From Deltaproteobacteria bacterium RIFCSPHIGHO2_01_FULL_43_49 (GTDB taxonomy: Bacteria; UBA10199; SPLOWO2-01-44-7), in NCBI GenBank assembly GCA_001798075.1, contig MGRG01000012.1, positions 91,852-155,851 on the forward strand: a stretch of DNA of 64,000 nt. Reading direction: 5' to 3'. The translations under genes and the position numbers were made by a program. Position 1 is the stretch's first letter. Each line of letters starts with the position of its first letter. Below the pieces are notes generated by a model, which did not search any database, was not told where the DNA came from, and worked only from the letters and a program-made list of their open reading frames with translations. This document shows positions 28,197 to 36,745 of the stretch, in pieces.

Positions 28197-28886
28197 TTAA
28201 AAGCGGTGGCTGATTTTTTCGGAAAGATCGTTAGCTTTAAAAGCAGCTAGCGTTCTGGCACAGGACTCGCAAACTCCACACATCTTTTCTTTTCCTTCGT
28301 AGCAACTCCAAAAATTATCGAGAGGAAGATCGAGTTCAATGAGTTTTGCAACCATCTCTTTTTTATTTATTTCTTGAACGTAGCTTTTAACTTTTGGAGG
28401 ATAAAGAAGGGTGGAGAGTTCCAGGGCGCGGTTTAGGCGATGGACATAATCAGAACTATTATCGGGAAAAGTGGCGGCCTCTTCGCGGTTAAAGCCGGTG
28501 ATAATCGTTGTTGCGCCTAAACTTTCCGCAAAAGAAGCCGCGATGTTTAAAAAAACGCCATTGCGGTTGGGGACCCAAACAGCCTCCGCTGATTTTTCGG
28601 TTGCCTTTTTGTCTTTGAGTTTTTCCAAATCGCTAAAACGGGGGAGCAAAGTCGTCGTATGGGTCAGGGCATTTTCACCTAAACTTTTAAGCCAAGGGAG
28701 TTCCACAACCTGATGTTTAATCCGCCAAAGCTTTGCGATTTTTTGTGCCGCTTTGGTTTCTTGGTTGGCTGCTCGCTGGCCGTAGTTGAAGGTAAGTGCC
28801 AAGACCACTTCATGATATTGCTTTGCAACGGCCGTCGAAAGGTAGGAATCTAATCCACCAGAAAGTAGAGTAACAGCGCGATCCAT
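28197..28886 (-). CDS. queC: 7-cyano-7-deazaguanine synthase
   Basis: PP-loop LLSGGLDSYLS and C-terminal zinc-binding cysteines (CGVCESCARTLAAF). Confidence 0.9.
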   Translation of the reverse strand: MDRAVTLLSGGLDSYLSTAVAKQYHEVVLALTFNYGQRAANQETKAAQKIAKLWRIKHQVVELPWLKSLGENALTHTTTLLPRFSDLEKLKDKKATEKSAEAVWVPNRNGVFLNIAASFAESLGATTIITGFNREEAATFPDNSSDYVHRLNRALELSTLLYPPKVKSYVQEINKKEMVAKLIELDLPLDNFWSCYEGKEKMCGVCESCARTLAAFKANDLSEKISHRF

Positions 28887-29402
28887 TTATCGTGCAGAAG
28901 GTCTTTTGCCTAAGCCTCTGAGCCTTTTTTCTAAATCGCCAAGTCTTACATTCAGCCTTGCTACATCTTTTCGGGTCGGAAAGTTGAGCATGGAGACCAA
29001 CTCAGAGCCTTTGTTCATCGCCAGCTTTTTGGCTTGTTTGGCCACATTGCTTTTTTCGATTTTGCTAAGGCAGGTTGCAAGACTTTTTTTGGCTTCTTTG
29101 ACCAGGCGGTTTCTATCAGGAAGGATATCGGCACGGCTTATCGTGTTTACGATTCCATCCGCAAAATATTTTACTTCTTTGGTAATCTGGTTTCTCTTTT
29201 TGAGGGCTAAGTGGATGATGTCGCGATGAGTTAGCCCTGTTAATTTCCTTTCCCACTTTGGTGGAAGGGTGTGTTTGAACTGCTTGTAGGCCCACTGAGC
29301 CTGTTTTTCGAGCGTGTTCAGGGCATGGTCAAAAGTTCTCAAACTGAGCGGAAACAGGCTGTGATTTCCTTTCCCTGCCCTCGCTTTGGTTCTTTTTTTC
29401 AT
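28887..29402 (-). CDS. hypothetical protein, possibly phasin-like
   Basis: Charged helical protein with C-terminal ARLNVRLGDLEKRLRGL reminiscent of phasin family C-termini. Weak. Confidence 0.35.
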   Translation of the reverse strand: MKKRTKARAGKGNHSLFPLSLRTFDHALNTLEKQAQWAYKQFKHTLPPKWERKLTGLTHRDIIHLALKKRNQITKEVKYFADGIVNTISRADILPDRNRLVKEAKKSLATCLSKIEKSNVAKQAKKLAMNKGSELVSMLNFPTRKDVARLNVRLGDLEKRLRGLGKRPSAR

Positions 29403-29513
29403 AGTTATCTCCTTGTTTTATATAGTAATCCTATACGTTATTACGCACCGTGTCAATTCCTGTTTTTAGCTTATTTTTTTGCCCCGTCAACCTGATTTAA
29501 ATCAGCTTTCAGC

Positions 29514-29544
29514 ATACCGCACGGTACCAGGTACCTGGCGGTAT
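29514..29544. repeat. REP-like palindrome (ATACCGCACGGTACCAGGTACCTGGCGGTAT)
   Basis: Near-perfect 31-bp palindrome abutting the RAYT stop codon. Confidence 0.8.
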
Positions 29545-30206
29545 TAGAGAACCACTTTTATTCGATTTGCAAGCCCATTTACTTGGTTCACCATCGCCGA
29601 AACCCGGCGTGATGTTGTCGCCTTAGATTCTTCCAAGAGGTTATGAGTTTTATCGGAAGGCAGCGGCGTCATAACAAGTTCTCTGTAAACTCTTTTACGT
29701 TTTTCATCATCGTTCACTAGGCCAAGGTAAGAAGGATGAAATTCTAATAATTCGTTTGGTGTGCCAAATGCATAGTAGGTATAACCACTCCATAACCAAT
29801 CTTCTGGTCTGATTACAAGTCCAGCAGATAGGGAGTTTCTATGCTGATAACGTAAACAAGCTAACGCATAGCGATCATTAGGAATGATATTGCTTCGATA
29901 TCGATGGGCCCAAAAGTGCCCGATTCTGTTATGCCGCTGATTAAAATCTTTAGCATATTTTAAACAAAGTTCCTGCATGATTTGGTCGATAAAATATCCC
30001 GTATGGGTGGAGAGGAGGAGATGGATATGCGAATGAAGCAGTTCATAATTATAAAGCCTGAATGCAAACTTCTCTTTAACCGCAGCTAACATTTCCAAGA
30101 ATATTTTGAAGTCTTCTTCTGTCTGAAGCAAATGCTCTTTGTTATTACATCGCAAAATGGTGTGATAATGAATGTCATCACCTTTGATTCGTGGCGCTCT
30201 AGGCAT
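29544..30206 (-). CDS. REP-associated tyrosine transposase (IS200/IS605 Y1 HUH family)
   Basis: HUH motif HSHIHLLL, conserved Tyr region (HFWAHRYRS), typical ~220-aa size. Confidence 0.85.
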   Translation of the reverse strand: MPRAPRIKGDDIHYHTILRCNNKEHLLQTEEDFKIFLEMLAAVKEKFAFRLYNYELLHSHIHLLLSTHTGYFIDQIMQELCLKYAKDFNQRHNRIGHFWAHRYRSNIIPNDRYALACLRYQHRNSLSAGLVIRPEDWLWSGYTYYAFGTPNELLEFHPSYLGLVNDDEKRKRVYRELVMTPLPSDKTHNLLEESKATTSRRVSAMVNQVNGLANRIKVVL

Positions 30207-30224
30207 GGCAAAACTCCTTTCCCA

Positions 30225-30283
30225 CTTACCGTGTGGTACCTGGTACCAGGCGGTACCGTGGGGTACCTGGTACCGAGTGGTAA
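30225..30283. repeat. REP-like palindrome doublet
   Basis: GTGGTACCTGGTACCAGGCGGTACC followed by GTGGGGTACCTGGTACCGAGTGGTA, directly upstream of the RAYT start. Confidence 0.8.
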
Positions 30284-30383
30284 TGCGAAAGGCGTGCCAA
30301 AATGAAAGGCTTTAGTTTTCAATAGGTTAGATTTTTTGGGGGTGCTGCAACTGACGAAATATGAACAGGTGCCGACGGATTTT

Positions 30384-30412
30384 TACCACCAGGTACCTGG
30401 TACCTGGTGGTA
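30384..30412. repeat. REP-like palindrome (TACCACCAGGTACCTGGTACCTGGTGGTA)
   Basis: Near-perfect palindrome sharing the GGTACC(W)GGTACC core. Confidence 0.8.
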
Positions 30413-30444
30413 TTTTTGGTGGTACTTTAAATTTCCTGATAAGT

Positions 30445-30963
30445 TCACTTAGGCTTCAGCCAGTCTATATTGACGTTGCTACCATCTGAGAGACGTGCAA
30501 GCACCACTCCGCTCAGCTGTTTAGTAAGTGCTAAAACAGTAGCAGTGTTGCCACCGGGTATAATTTTGTCTTTTTCTGGATTTTTCATTAAGTCTCTGTG
30601 ATTTACTTTAGAACCTACTATGAACTTTTCTCCAAACTTGTTTTCGGAGGATGTGATTCTAGGTATAATGGTTATTTTATTTCCATCAGAGAGAATTTCA
30701 GTTCCCGGATCAATATCTACAAATTTAATTTTAGGTGGCACTGTTCCAAAACGATTAACGATTGAGTTGTGGATGGCCTTTGCAGATATTCCTGTATATT
30801 TTGCCCACCCCGCCAAATCATAAATAGGCAGACCGTTGTCCTTAGCTATTTGTTCTACAAGTTTTCCCGCCTTTGCAGGATCGGTTACCACCCCTTGCTG
30901 TAGTAGAACGTCAGCTAATGTGTCTCCTTTTGATGCGACATAGCTAAAAATGGGGATAGTCAT
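30445..30963 (-). CDS. hypothetical protein with possible LysM-like N-terminus
   Basis: Intact ORF with ATG; YVASKGDTLADV is weakly LysM-like. Confidence 0.4.
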   Translation of the reverse strand: MTIPIFSYVASKGDTLADVLLQQGVVTDPAKAGKLVEQIAKDNGLPIYDLAGWAKYTGISAKAIHNSIVNRFGTVPPKIKFVDIDPGTEILSDGNKITIIPRITSSENKFGEKFIVGSKVNHRDLMKNPEKDKIIPGGNTATVLALTKQLSGVVLARLSDGSNVNIDWLKPK

Positions 30964-31234
30964 AACGTCCTCCTTTGTTGTACCAACATCAAATTACAGC
31001 AAATTGCGTGCCAAAACGTACGCACTTTTCGGGCCAGCCTCAGCATAAGAATTAGTTATGATTTTATTATGGTTTTTAGTTTCATTGAATTTTTACACAT
31101 GCTCAGAGCATCTCGGAATGGGTGAAAATGTACCATTTTTCTGCTGGAAACTTTTTTATTTTGGGGGCAACATTTCTATTGCTCAAAGTGTCATCAAAAT
31201 TTTGACGCTTTCCAATTTTATCTGACGATCAACA

Positions 31235-31335
31235 TCACTTCAAATCTTTAATCTTTAGCTGAATGGTTTTGATGTTGAGGTAGGTGTTCCATTGAGGGAC
31301 AAAGGCGATGTTGCCGCTACTTAGTGTTTACCGCC
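31235..31335 (-). pseudogene. duplicated 3' remnant of recJ (encodes ..GNIAFVPQWNTYLNIKTIQLKIKDLK*)
   Basis: Reverse-complement translation matches the true RecJ C-terminus (GGNVAFVPQWNTYQNQKTIQLKIKDLKRI*); about 80% nucleotide identity to 34118-34205 by eye. Confidence 0.7.
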
Positions 31336-31456
31336 AGATACCTAGTGGTACAGTGCACCAGATCCTGAATAGACACGTAGTGTCAACGCAATCGCCTGAG
31401 ATCGAATAGTTAATTATAACTTGACAGTATTTGAGGCCAAAATAGACTTGTGCTGT

Positions 31457-31849
31457 GTGAAAATTCTATTCGTTTGCGAATACAACGCTTGTCGGAGTCA
31501 GATAGCTGAGGGGCTGGCCCGTGCGCTCCTTCCGGAAAATTTTTCAATAACGAGTGCCGGTATTTATCCTGGTGAGTTGAATTGGGTCACCATTGAAGTA
31601 ATGAAGGAGATCGGGATCGACATCTCAACCCAGAGGTCCAAGTTGCTTGCAGAAGTATTGGACAGGCGTTTTGATCAAGTAATTGTCCTGGCAGAAGCGG
31701 CATGGAGGGCGGTCGAGATGTTAAAAACCGACCACAAATTGCTTTGGCCCTTTCCTGATCCAGCATGCGATCCCGGCGATGCCGAAGCGGTGAAAGGACG
31801 AATCCGCAGAGTTCGAGATCAGTTGAGAGAGAGGATTTTAACCCTATGA
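31457..31849 (+). CDS. low-molecular-weight phosphotyrosine phosphatase / arsenate reductase family protein
   Basis: CX5R P-loop VCEYNACRSQ near the N-terminus. Start taken at GTG 31457 (track start is TTG 31421). Stop overlaps the otsA start (ATGA). Confidence 0.7.
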   Translation: MKILFVCEYNACRSQIAEGLARALLPENFSITSAGIYPGELNWVTIEVMKEIGIDISTQRSKLLAEVLDRRFDQVIVLAEAAWRAVEMLKTDHKLLWPFPDPACDPGDAEAVKGRIRRVRDQLRERILTL

Positions 31850-34104
31850 AGTTTTCCCGTTTTGGGATTTTAGTCATCGGTTCTTTGCTGGTTGTTGTTG
31901 TCGGCATCTCTTTTATCCATTTTCAGCGAGAGCAGACCGCTCTTCGCGATGACCTCAACCGACGCGCCCGTGTGATCTCAAAAAGCCTCGCGCCGCCTGC
32001 AATCCGTATCTTGAAGAATCCCCCCGCCATTGACGAAGAAGACGTTGCGGAGCGGTTGGAGGGGCAGGGTCGTACTATCGGACTCATGATTTGCAACCTT
32101 GAGGGAAAACCGATCGCATTGTCGTCGACACTGACTGACACAGTAACCTGCAACGATGAGGTCATGGCCACGTTGGAAAGCGGAAAGGAATCTATTTTAC
32201 TGGATGAAATAGGGGGTCAGTCGCTCCACCGCCTGATTTTGCCATTGAAAGATCGCACCGGTTCTCTTCTTGGCACCCTTACCATCGTTCACGATTCCTC
32301 ATACATTACCAAACGGGTCACGTCCGCAGTCACCTGGATGACCCTCAGCCTCGCCATTTTGGCGATTGTCATTGCTCTTGGAACCTATCTTGCCTCTCGT
32401 CGCTCATTCCAAAGGTCGGTCACTCAGCTCCTCGACTGGATGAAATCATCGAAGAGTGCGGAAGACCTCCCTCCACCCACCGAATCTCTTTTGAGACCTG
32501 TCTCCAGGGAGGTTGAAAAGCTGACCGCGCGGCTACGGGCGGCCAAAGAGACAGCCAAAGAGGTTTCGGAGGCAAATCGTGTGAGTAATCTTTGGACTGG
32601 GGCACGACTCAAGGGTCACGCTACGTTTTCTATCGGAAATAAATCGCTGATCGTTGTTTCCAACCGGGAACCATACATGCATGTCAAGAAGGAGGGAAAA
32701 CAGCGAGTCATCATCCCTGCCAGCGGTCTTGTAACAGCCCTCGATCCCGTCCTTCGGGCGACGAGCGGTATCTGGATTGCCCACGGGTCAGGAGAAGAGG
32801 ACCGCGACTTTGTGAATAGTGAGGACAAGATTCTGGTACCGCCAGAGTCTCCGCTTTATACGCTTCGCCGGATCTGGCTCACGCGAGAAGAAGAAGAGCG
32901 ATACTATTATGGCTTCTCCAACGAGGCAGTCTGGCCCCTCTGCCATCTCACCCATCACCGTCCACATTTTGAGGAGAAGGACTGGCAGTCTTACATAAAG
33001 GTGAATGAGAAATTTGCCGACGCTGTCCTCCAAGAATGTGGCAAAGACCAACCGTTTGTCCTAGTTCAGGATTATCATTTTACCCTGCTCCCAAAGTTGA
33101 TTCGCGAGAGGCGGCCGGATGCCGTGGTTGGCCTTTTCTGGCACATTCCCTGGCCTACGCCTGAATCGTTTCAAATCTGTCCCTGGAAACGAGAGATATT
33201 GGAAGGGATGCTGGGAGCAAATTTTGTAGGTTTTCATCTGCAATCGTACTGCAACAACTTCCTGGACACTGTAAACAGCCTTCTCCCTGTGCGAATTGAT
33301 TGGGATCGACCTGGCATCCTTCACAATGAAGGCTTAACAACGGTCAAACCGTTTCCCATTGGCGTCCAGTTGTGGTCGGAGCGAGGAGTCGCTTCAGATG
33401 AGAGATTTCGGGAAAAAGCAAATATGTGGCGGAAGGAGTTGGAGTTAAATGCCAAGCGTCTGATCGTGAGCGTTGATCGGCTCGATTACACCAAGGGGAT
33501 TCCAGAGAGGATTGGTGCCATTGATCGGTTTTTGGAAAAGTATCCAGCCCATCGGGGAAAAGTTGTCTTTGTTCAACTTGCGGCCCCCAGCCGGGTTCAC
33601 ATCCCCCGTTACAGAGAATTTGTGACAGAGGTGGAGGGGCTTGTGGAACAAATCAATTGGAGACATGGGACAGAAGACTGGAAACCGATTCTTTTTCTCA
33701 AATCGCATCATGACCCCGAAACAGTTTATACCTTTCTGCGGATGGCCGATGTTTGCATCATTAGCTCTCTTTCAGACGGCATGAATCTTGTCGCCAAGGA
33801 ATTTGTCGCGGCGCGAGAAAAGGGAGATGGAGTGTTGATCCTTTCGGAATTTACCGGGGCCGCTCGGGAGTTTCAAGACGCGTTGCAGATCAATCCCTAT
33901 GCCCGTGCCGACTTTGCCGAGGTCATCAGGGTGGCCATTGAGATGCCGATGGAAGAGCAAAAAAAACGGATGAGCCGGATGAAAGCACAGGTCATAGAGC
34001 ACAATGTCTACGGATGGGCCGCGAATCTTATCACGGAAATGACTCAAACTGTAGAAGTCGGCATTTCATCCCGTCAAGATTTTCAAACAAGCAAGTACCT
34101 TTAA
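31846..34104 (+). CDS. otsA: trehalose-6-phosphate synthase (GT20) with ~265-aa N-terminal membrane-anchored extension
   Basis: GT20 catalytic region from about 32640 (LIVVSNREPY, FWHIPWPTPE, ANFVGFHLQSY); two predicted TM helices upstream (FGILVIGSLLVVVVGISFIHF; VTWMTLSLAILAIVIALGTYLA). Confidence 0.85.
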   Translation: MKFSRFGILVIGSLLVVVVGISFIHFQREQTALRDDLNRRARVISKSLAPPAIRILKNPPAIDEEDVAERLEGQGRTIGLMICNLEGKPIALSSTLTDTVTCNDEVMATLESGKESILLDEIGGQSLHRLILPLKDRTGSLLGTLTIVHDSSYITKRVTSAVTWMTLSLAILAIVIALGTYLASRRSFQRSVTQLLDWMKSSKSAEDLPPPTESLLRPVSREVEKLTARLRAAKETAKEVSEANRVSNLWTGARLKGHATFSIGNKSLIVVSNREPYMHVKKEGKQRVIIPASGLVTALDPVLRATSGIWIAHGSGEEDRDFVNSEDKILVPPESPLYTLRRIWLTREEEERYYYGFSNEAVWPLCHLTHHRPHFEEKDWQSYIKVNEKFADAVLQECGKDQPFVLVQDYHFTLLPKLIRERRPDAVVGLFWHIPWPTPESFQICPWKREILEGMLGANFVGFHLQSYCNNFLDTVNSLLPVRIDWDRPGILHNEGLTTVKPFPIGVQLWSERGVASDERFREKANMWRKELELNAKRLIVSVDRLDYTKGIPERIGAIDRFLEKYPAHRGKVVFVQLAAPSRVHIPRYREFVTEVEGLVEQINWRHGTEDWKPILFLKSHHDPETVYTFLRMADVCIISSLSDGMNLVAKEFVAAREKGDGVLILSEFTGAAREFQDALQINPYARADFAEVIRVAIEMPMEEQKKRMSRMKAQVIEHNVYGWAANLITEMTQTVEVGISSRQDFQTSKYL

Positions 34105-35807
34105 ATTCTTTTGAGGTCTTTTATCTTTAATTGGATTGTTTTTTGATTTTGGTAGGTGTTCCATTGGGGGACAAAGGCGACATTGCCCCCCTTAAGTGTC
34201 AACGGATGGTTGTTGCTCATATTAAACCCGATTGCTTCCAATGTGGTTTCCAAATCGGTCACTTTGAATTTCAAATGTTTTTCGCCCACGACACGCAAGT
34301 CATTAAATTTTAGATCGTTGCAGGCAAAAACCGGTTCTGGATTTTTGATTCCAAAAGGTTTGAGAGACCCCAATTCTTCAAGAAACTTTGCTTGAATGTC
34401 ATTTAATTTTAATTCGCAATCGATATTCAAGAAAGGCTTAAATGGTTCTTCCAAGACTTTTTGTTGGAGTGCCTTTTCGAAACGTTCTTCAAATTGGCTT
34501 AAATTTGTTAGCGAAACCGTAAGGCCGGCCGCTTGTTTGTGCCCACCAAATTGCTCTAGCAAATCGGAACAGGCCTCTAAAATTTCAACAATGTGTACTC
34601 CGGGAATGCTTCTTGCCGAACCTCTCGCAAAATCTTTTTCGATCGCCAAAGCAATAGAGGGGCGGTAATAATTTTCTGCGAGTTTGGAAGCGACCAATCC
34701 GACGATGCCCGGATGCCAATCTTTTGAAGAAACAACAAAACCGTTTTTTGCTAATTTATCTTCCGCCTGTCTAAAAGCTTCTCTCACATGTTTTTCCTGC
34801 ATCGCCTGTCTTTCTTGATTGCATTGGTCTAAAATCTTAGCAAGCTTACTAGCCCTTTCTAAATCGGCAGCACAAAGCAGATCCAAGCCCAGAGAGGCTT
34901 TGGCGATCCGACCACCGGCATTGATGCGGGGTGCTAATCGAAATCCAATATCGGATGGCTCCATGGTTTTACCGCCATCTAACTTACAGACTTCTTTCAG
35001 CGCGATGATGCCCATTTTTTTTGTGACTGCTAACTCTTTGAGCCCATAAGTCACCAAAATCCGGTTGATGCCGGTCAAGGGCGCTAAATCACCGACGGTT
35101 CCCAGTGCCACAAGATCTAAATGTTGCCTTAAGTTTGGCTCCCCATTTTTGAAGAGACCCTCCTCCCGCATTTTTTGACGTAGGGCTATGAGCAACATAA
35201 AAACAACACCGACACCGGCAAGCTCTCTGCCAGGTGTTCCTTCTTTCAACATCTGCGGATTGATGAAAGCAAAAGCAGGAGATTTCCTCGAATCCAATTC
35301 GTGATGATCGGTAACAATCACATCCAACCCATTTTTTTTAGCCCATTGAAGTGCATCCTGCGACTTTGTGCCGCAGTCGGCTGTAATAATGAGCGAAATC
35401 TTTTTGGCTTTCAGCTCCTCCAAGGCTTTGATATTGATTCCATAACCTTCTTGAATTCGGTCAGGGATATAAACAGTGAGGGGCAAGCTCAACTCAGTAA
35501 AAAATGTTTGAAGAAGTGCGGAAGAAGTAAGTCCATCGACATCATAGTCTCCATAAACAGCAATCGATTCTCGATTTTGGATGGCTTGAATCAAACGCCG
35601 GACAGCTTTTTCCATATCTGGAAAAAGAAAGGGGTTGGGCAAATCTTTTAAAGAAGGCTTCAAAAAAGCTTGTACCTTTTCTGGTTCGTCAATGCCACGA
35701 TTAATAAGGATTTGCGCAGTAACCCAAGAGATTCCCAGCGCTTCAGCTAAACGCTTCTGGAGTGATGGGTTAGGGGACGAAATCCTCCAGGTTTTTTGCA
35801 GGGGCAT
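34101..35807 (-). CDS. recJ: single-stranded-DNA-specific exonuclease RecJ
   Basis: DHH-family motifs (VYGDYDVDGLTS, DHHE) and RecJ-like overall sequence. Confidence 0.9.
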   Translation of the reverse strand: MPLQKTWRISSPNPSLQKRLAEALGISWVTAQILINRGIDEPEKVQAFLKPSLKDLPNPFLFPDMEKAVRRLIQAIQNRESIAVYGDYDVDGLTSSALLQTFFTELSLPLTVYIPDRIQEGYGINIKALEELKAKKISLIITADCGTKSQDALQWAKKNGLDVIVTDHHELDSRKSPAFAFINPQMLKEGTPGRELAGVGVVFMLLIALRQKMREEGLFKNGEPNLRQHLDLVALGTVGDLAPLTGINRILVTYGLKELAVTKKMGIIALKEVCKLDGGKTMEPSDIGFRLAPRINAGGRIAKASLGLDLLCAADLERASKLAKILDQCNQERQAMQEKHVREAFRQAEDKLAKNGFVVSSKDWHPGIVGLVASKLAENYYRPSIALAIEKDFARGSARSIPGVHIVEILEACSDLLEQFGGHKQAAGLTVSLTNLSQFEERFEKALQQKVLEEPFKPFLNIDCELKLNDIQAKFLEELGSLKPFGIKNPEPVFACNDLKFNDLRVVGEKHLKFKVTDLETTLEAIGFNMSNNHPLTLKGGNVAFVPQWNTYQNQKTIQLKIKDLKRI

Positions 35808-35816
35808 AAATTAACA

Positions 35817-36743
35817 CTACGCTTTTTTGCCAACCAAAAATTGAAAACGAGGCGCTGCTTTGTACATTGCGAGATAAATGGGACAGGCAATCGAAAAAGT
35901 GGAATAGGTTCCCGTGACGACTCCGACAATCAACGCTAGCGCAAAATCTTTGATGGTCGCCCCACCCAAGAAGTAAAGAACAATACAAACAAAAAGGGTG
36001 CTCAAAGAGGTGATGAGTGTTCGCGATAAGGTTTCGTTGATGCTGGTATTAACAATTTCTTCTACCGTGTCGGGGGCAATCAATCTTGTATGTTCACGAA
36101 TGCGATCAAAGACAATAATGGTATCATTAATAGAGTAACCGACAATTGTTAAGCAAGCAGCCAAGATCGTGAGATTGAATTCCAATTGCAAAAGGGCAAA
36201 AAGTCCCAACGTCACCATCACATCGTGAAAGAGAGCAACAATGGCCCCTGGTGAAAAATAAAAGTCGAAGCGAAAACCGACATAAACAAGCATGCAAAAC
36301 AGAGAAAATAAAACAGCCAGTGTTCCTTTGCGACGCAGTTCCTGGCCCACTTTGGGGCCAACGATCTCTTCTTGTTCTAAAATTAATCCCTCTTCTCCAA
36401 ACGCCTTTGCCAATTCTGGAGTGACGGTGGTTGAGAGGGAGGCGGATTCTTCAGAAGGTTTAGCAACTTTGATCACCAGTCTTCTTTCTTGGGGGTTACC
36501 GTAGCGAACAACGGAGGCATCGCCCAGCCCCAAATTGGCAAGCAGATTTCGTACTTCTGTCTCGGAAACCTCTTTTGGAAATTGATATTGAAGTTTCACG
36601 CCACCCATAAAGTCAGTTCCGTAGTTAAGCCCGCGCGTGAAAAGAAGAAAAAGGCTAGCTCCGACAATCAAAGAAGACAAAATCAAAAAGAGAAAACGAT
36701 TTTTTACAAAAGGGAAATTCGGCGTTTCTTTAAAAATACGCAT
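35817..36743 (-). CDS. secF: protein translocase subunit SecF
   Basis: SecF-like membrane protein directly downstream of secD. Confidence 0.9.
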   Translation of the reverse strand: MRIFKETPNFPFVKNRFLFLILSSLIVGASLFLLFTRGLNYGTDFMGGVKLQYQFPKEVSETEVRNLLANLGLGDASVVRYGNPQERRLVIKVAKPSEESASLSTTVTPELAKAFGEEGLILEQEEIVGPKVGQELRRKGTLAVLFSLFCMLVYVGFRFDFYFSPGAIVALFHDVMVTLGLFALLQLEFNLTILAACLTIVGYSINDTIIVFDRIREHTRLIAPDTVEEIVNTSINETLSRTLITSLSTLFVCIVLYFLGGATIKDFALALIVGVVTGTYSTFSIACPIYLAMYKAAPRFQFLVGKKA

Positions 36744-36745
36744 GG

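Larger units (their letters stand above)
29514..30412 (-). mobile_element. REP-RAYT locus: IS200/IS605-like Y1 transposase flanked by GGTACC-containing palindromes
   Basis: Y1 HUH transposase gene bracketed by palindromes at 29514-29544, 30225-30283 and 30384-30412 (a degenerate fourth at 31329-31366). Confidence 0.7.

Noticed and set aside
30964-31234. Long intergenic regions scanned for tRNA or other RNA genes (also 46244-46415 and 60547-60651)
   Set aside because: No cloverleaf-type T-arm or acceptor-stem signatures were recognised by eye; this is not a formal tRNAscan, so small RNAs cannot be excluded.
29514-31366. GGTACC-containing repeats considered as a possible CRISPR array
   Set aside because: Units are palindromic, differ in length and spacing, have no uniform spacers, and flank a Y1 transposase; this fits REP/BIME elements, not CRISPR.
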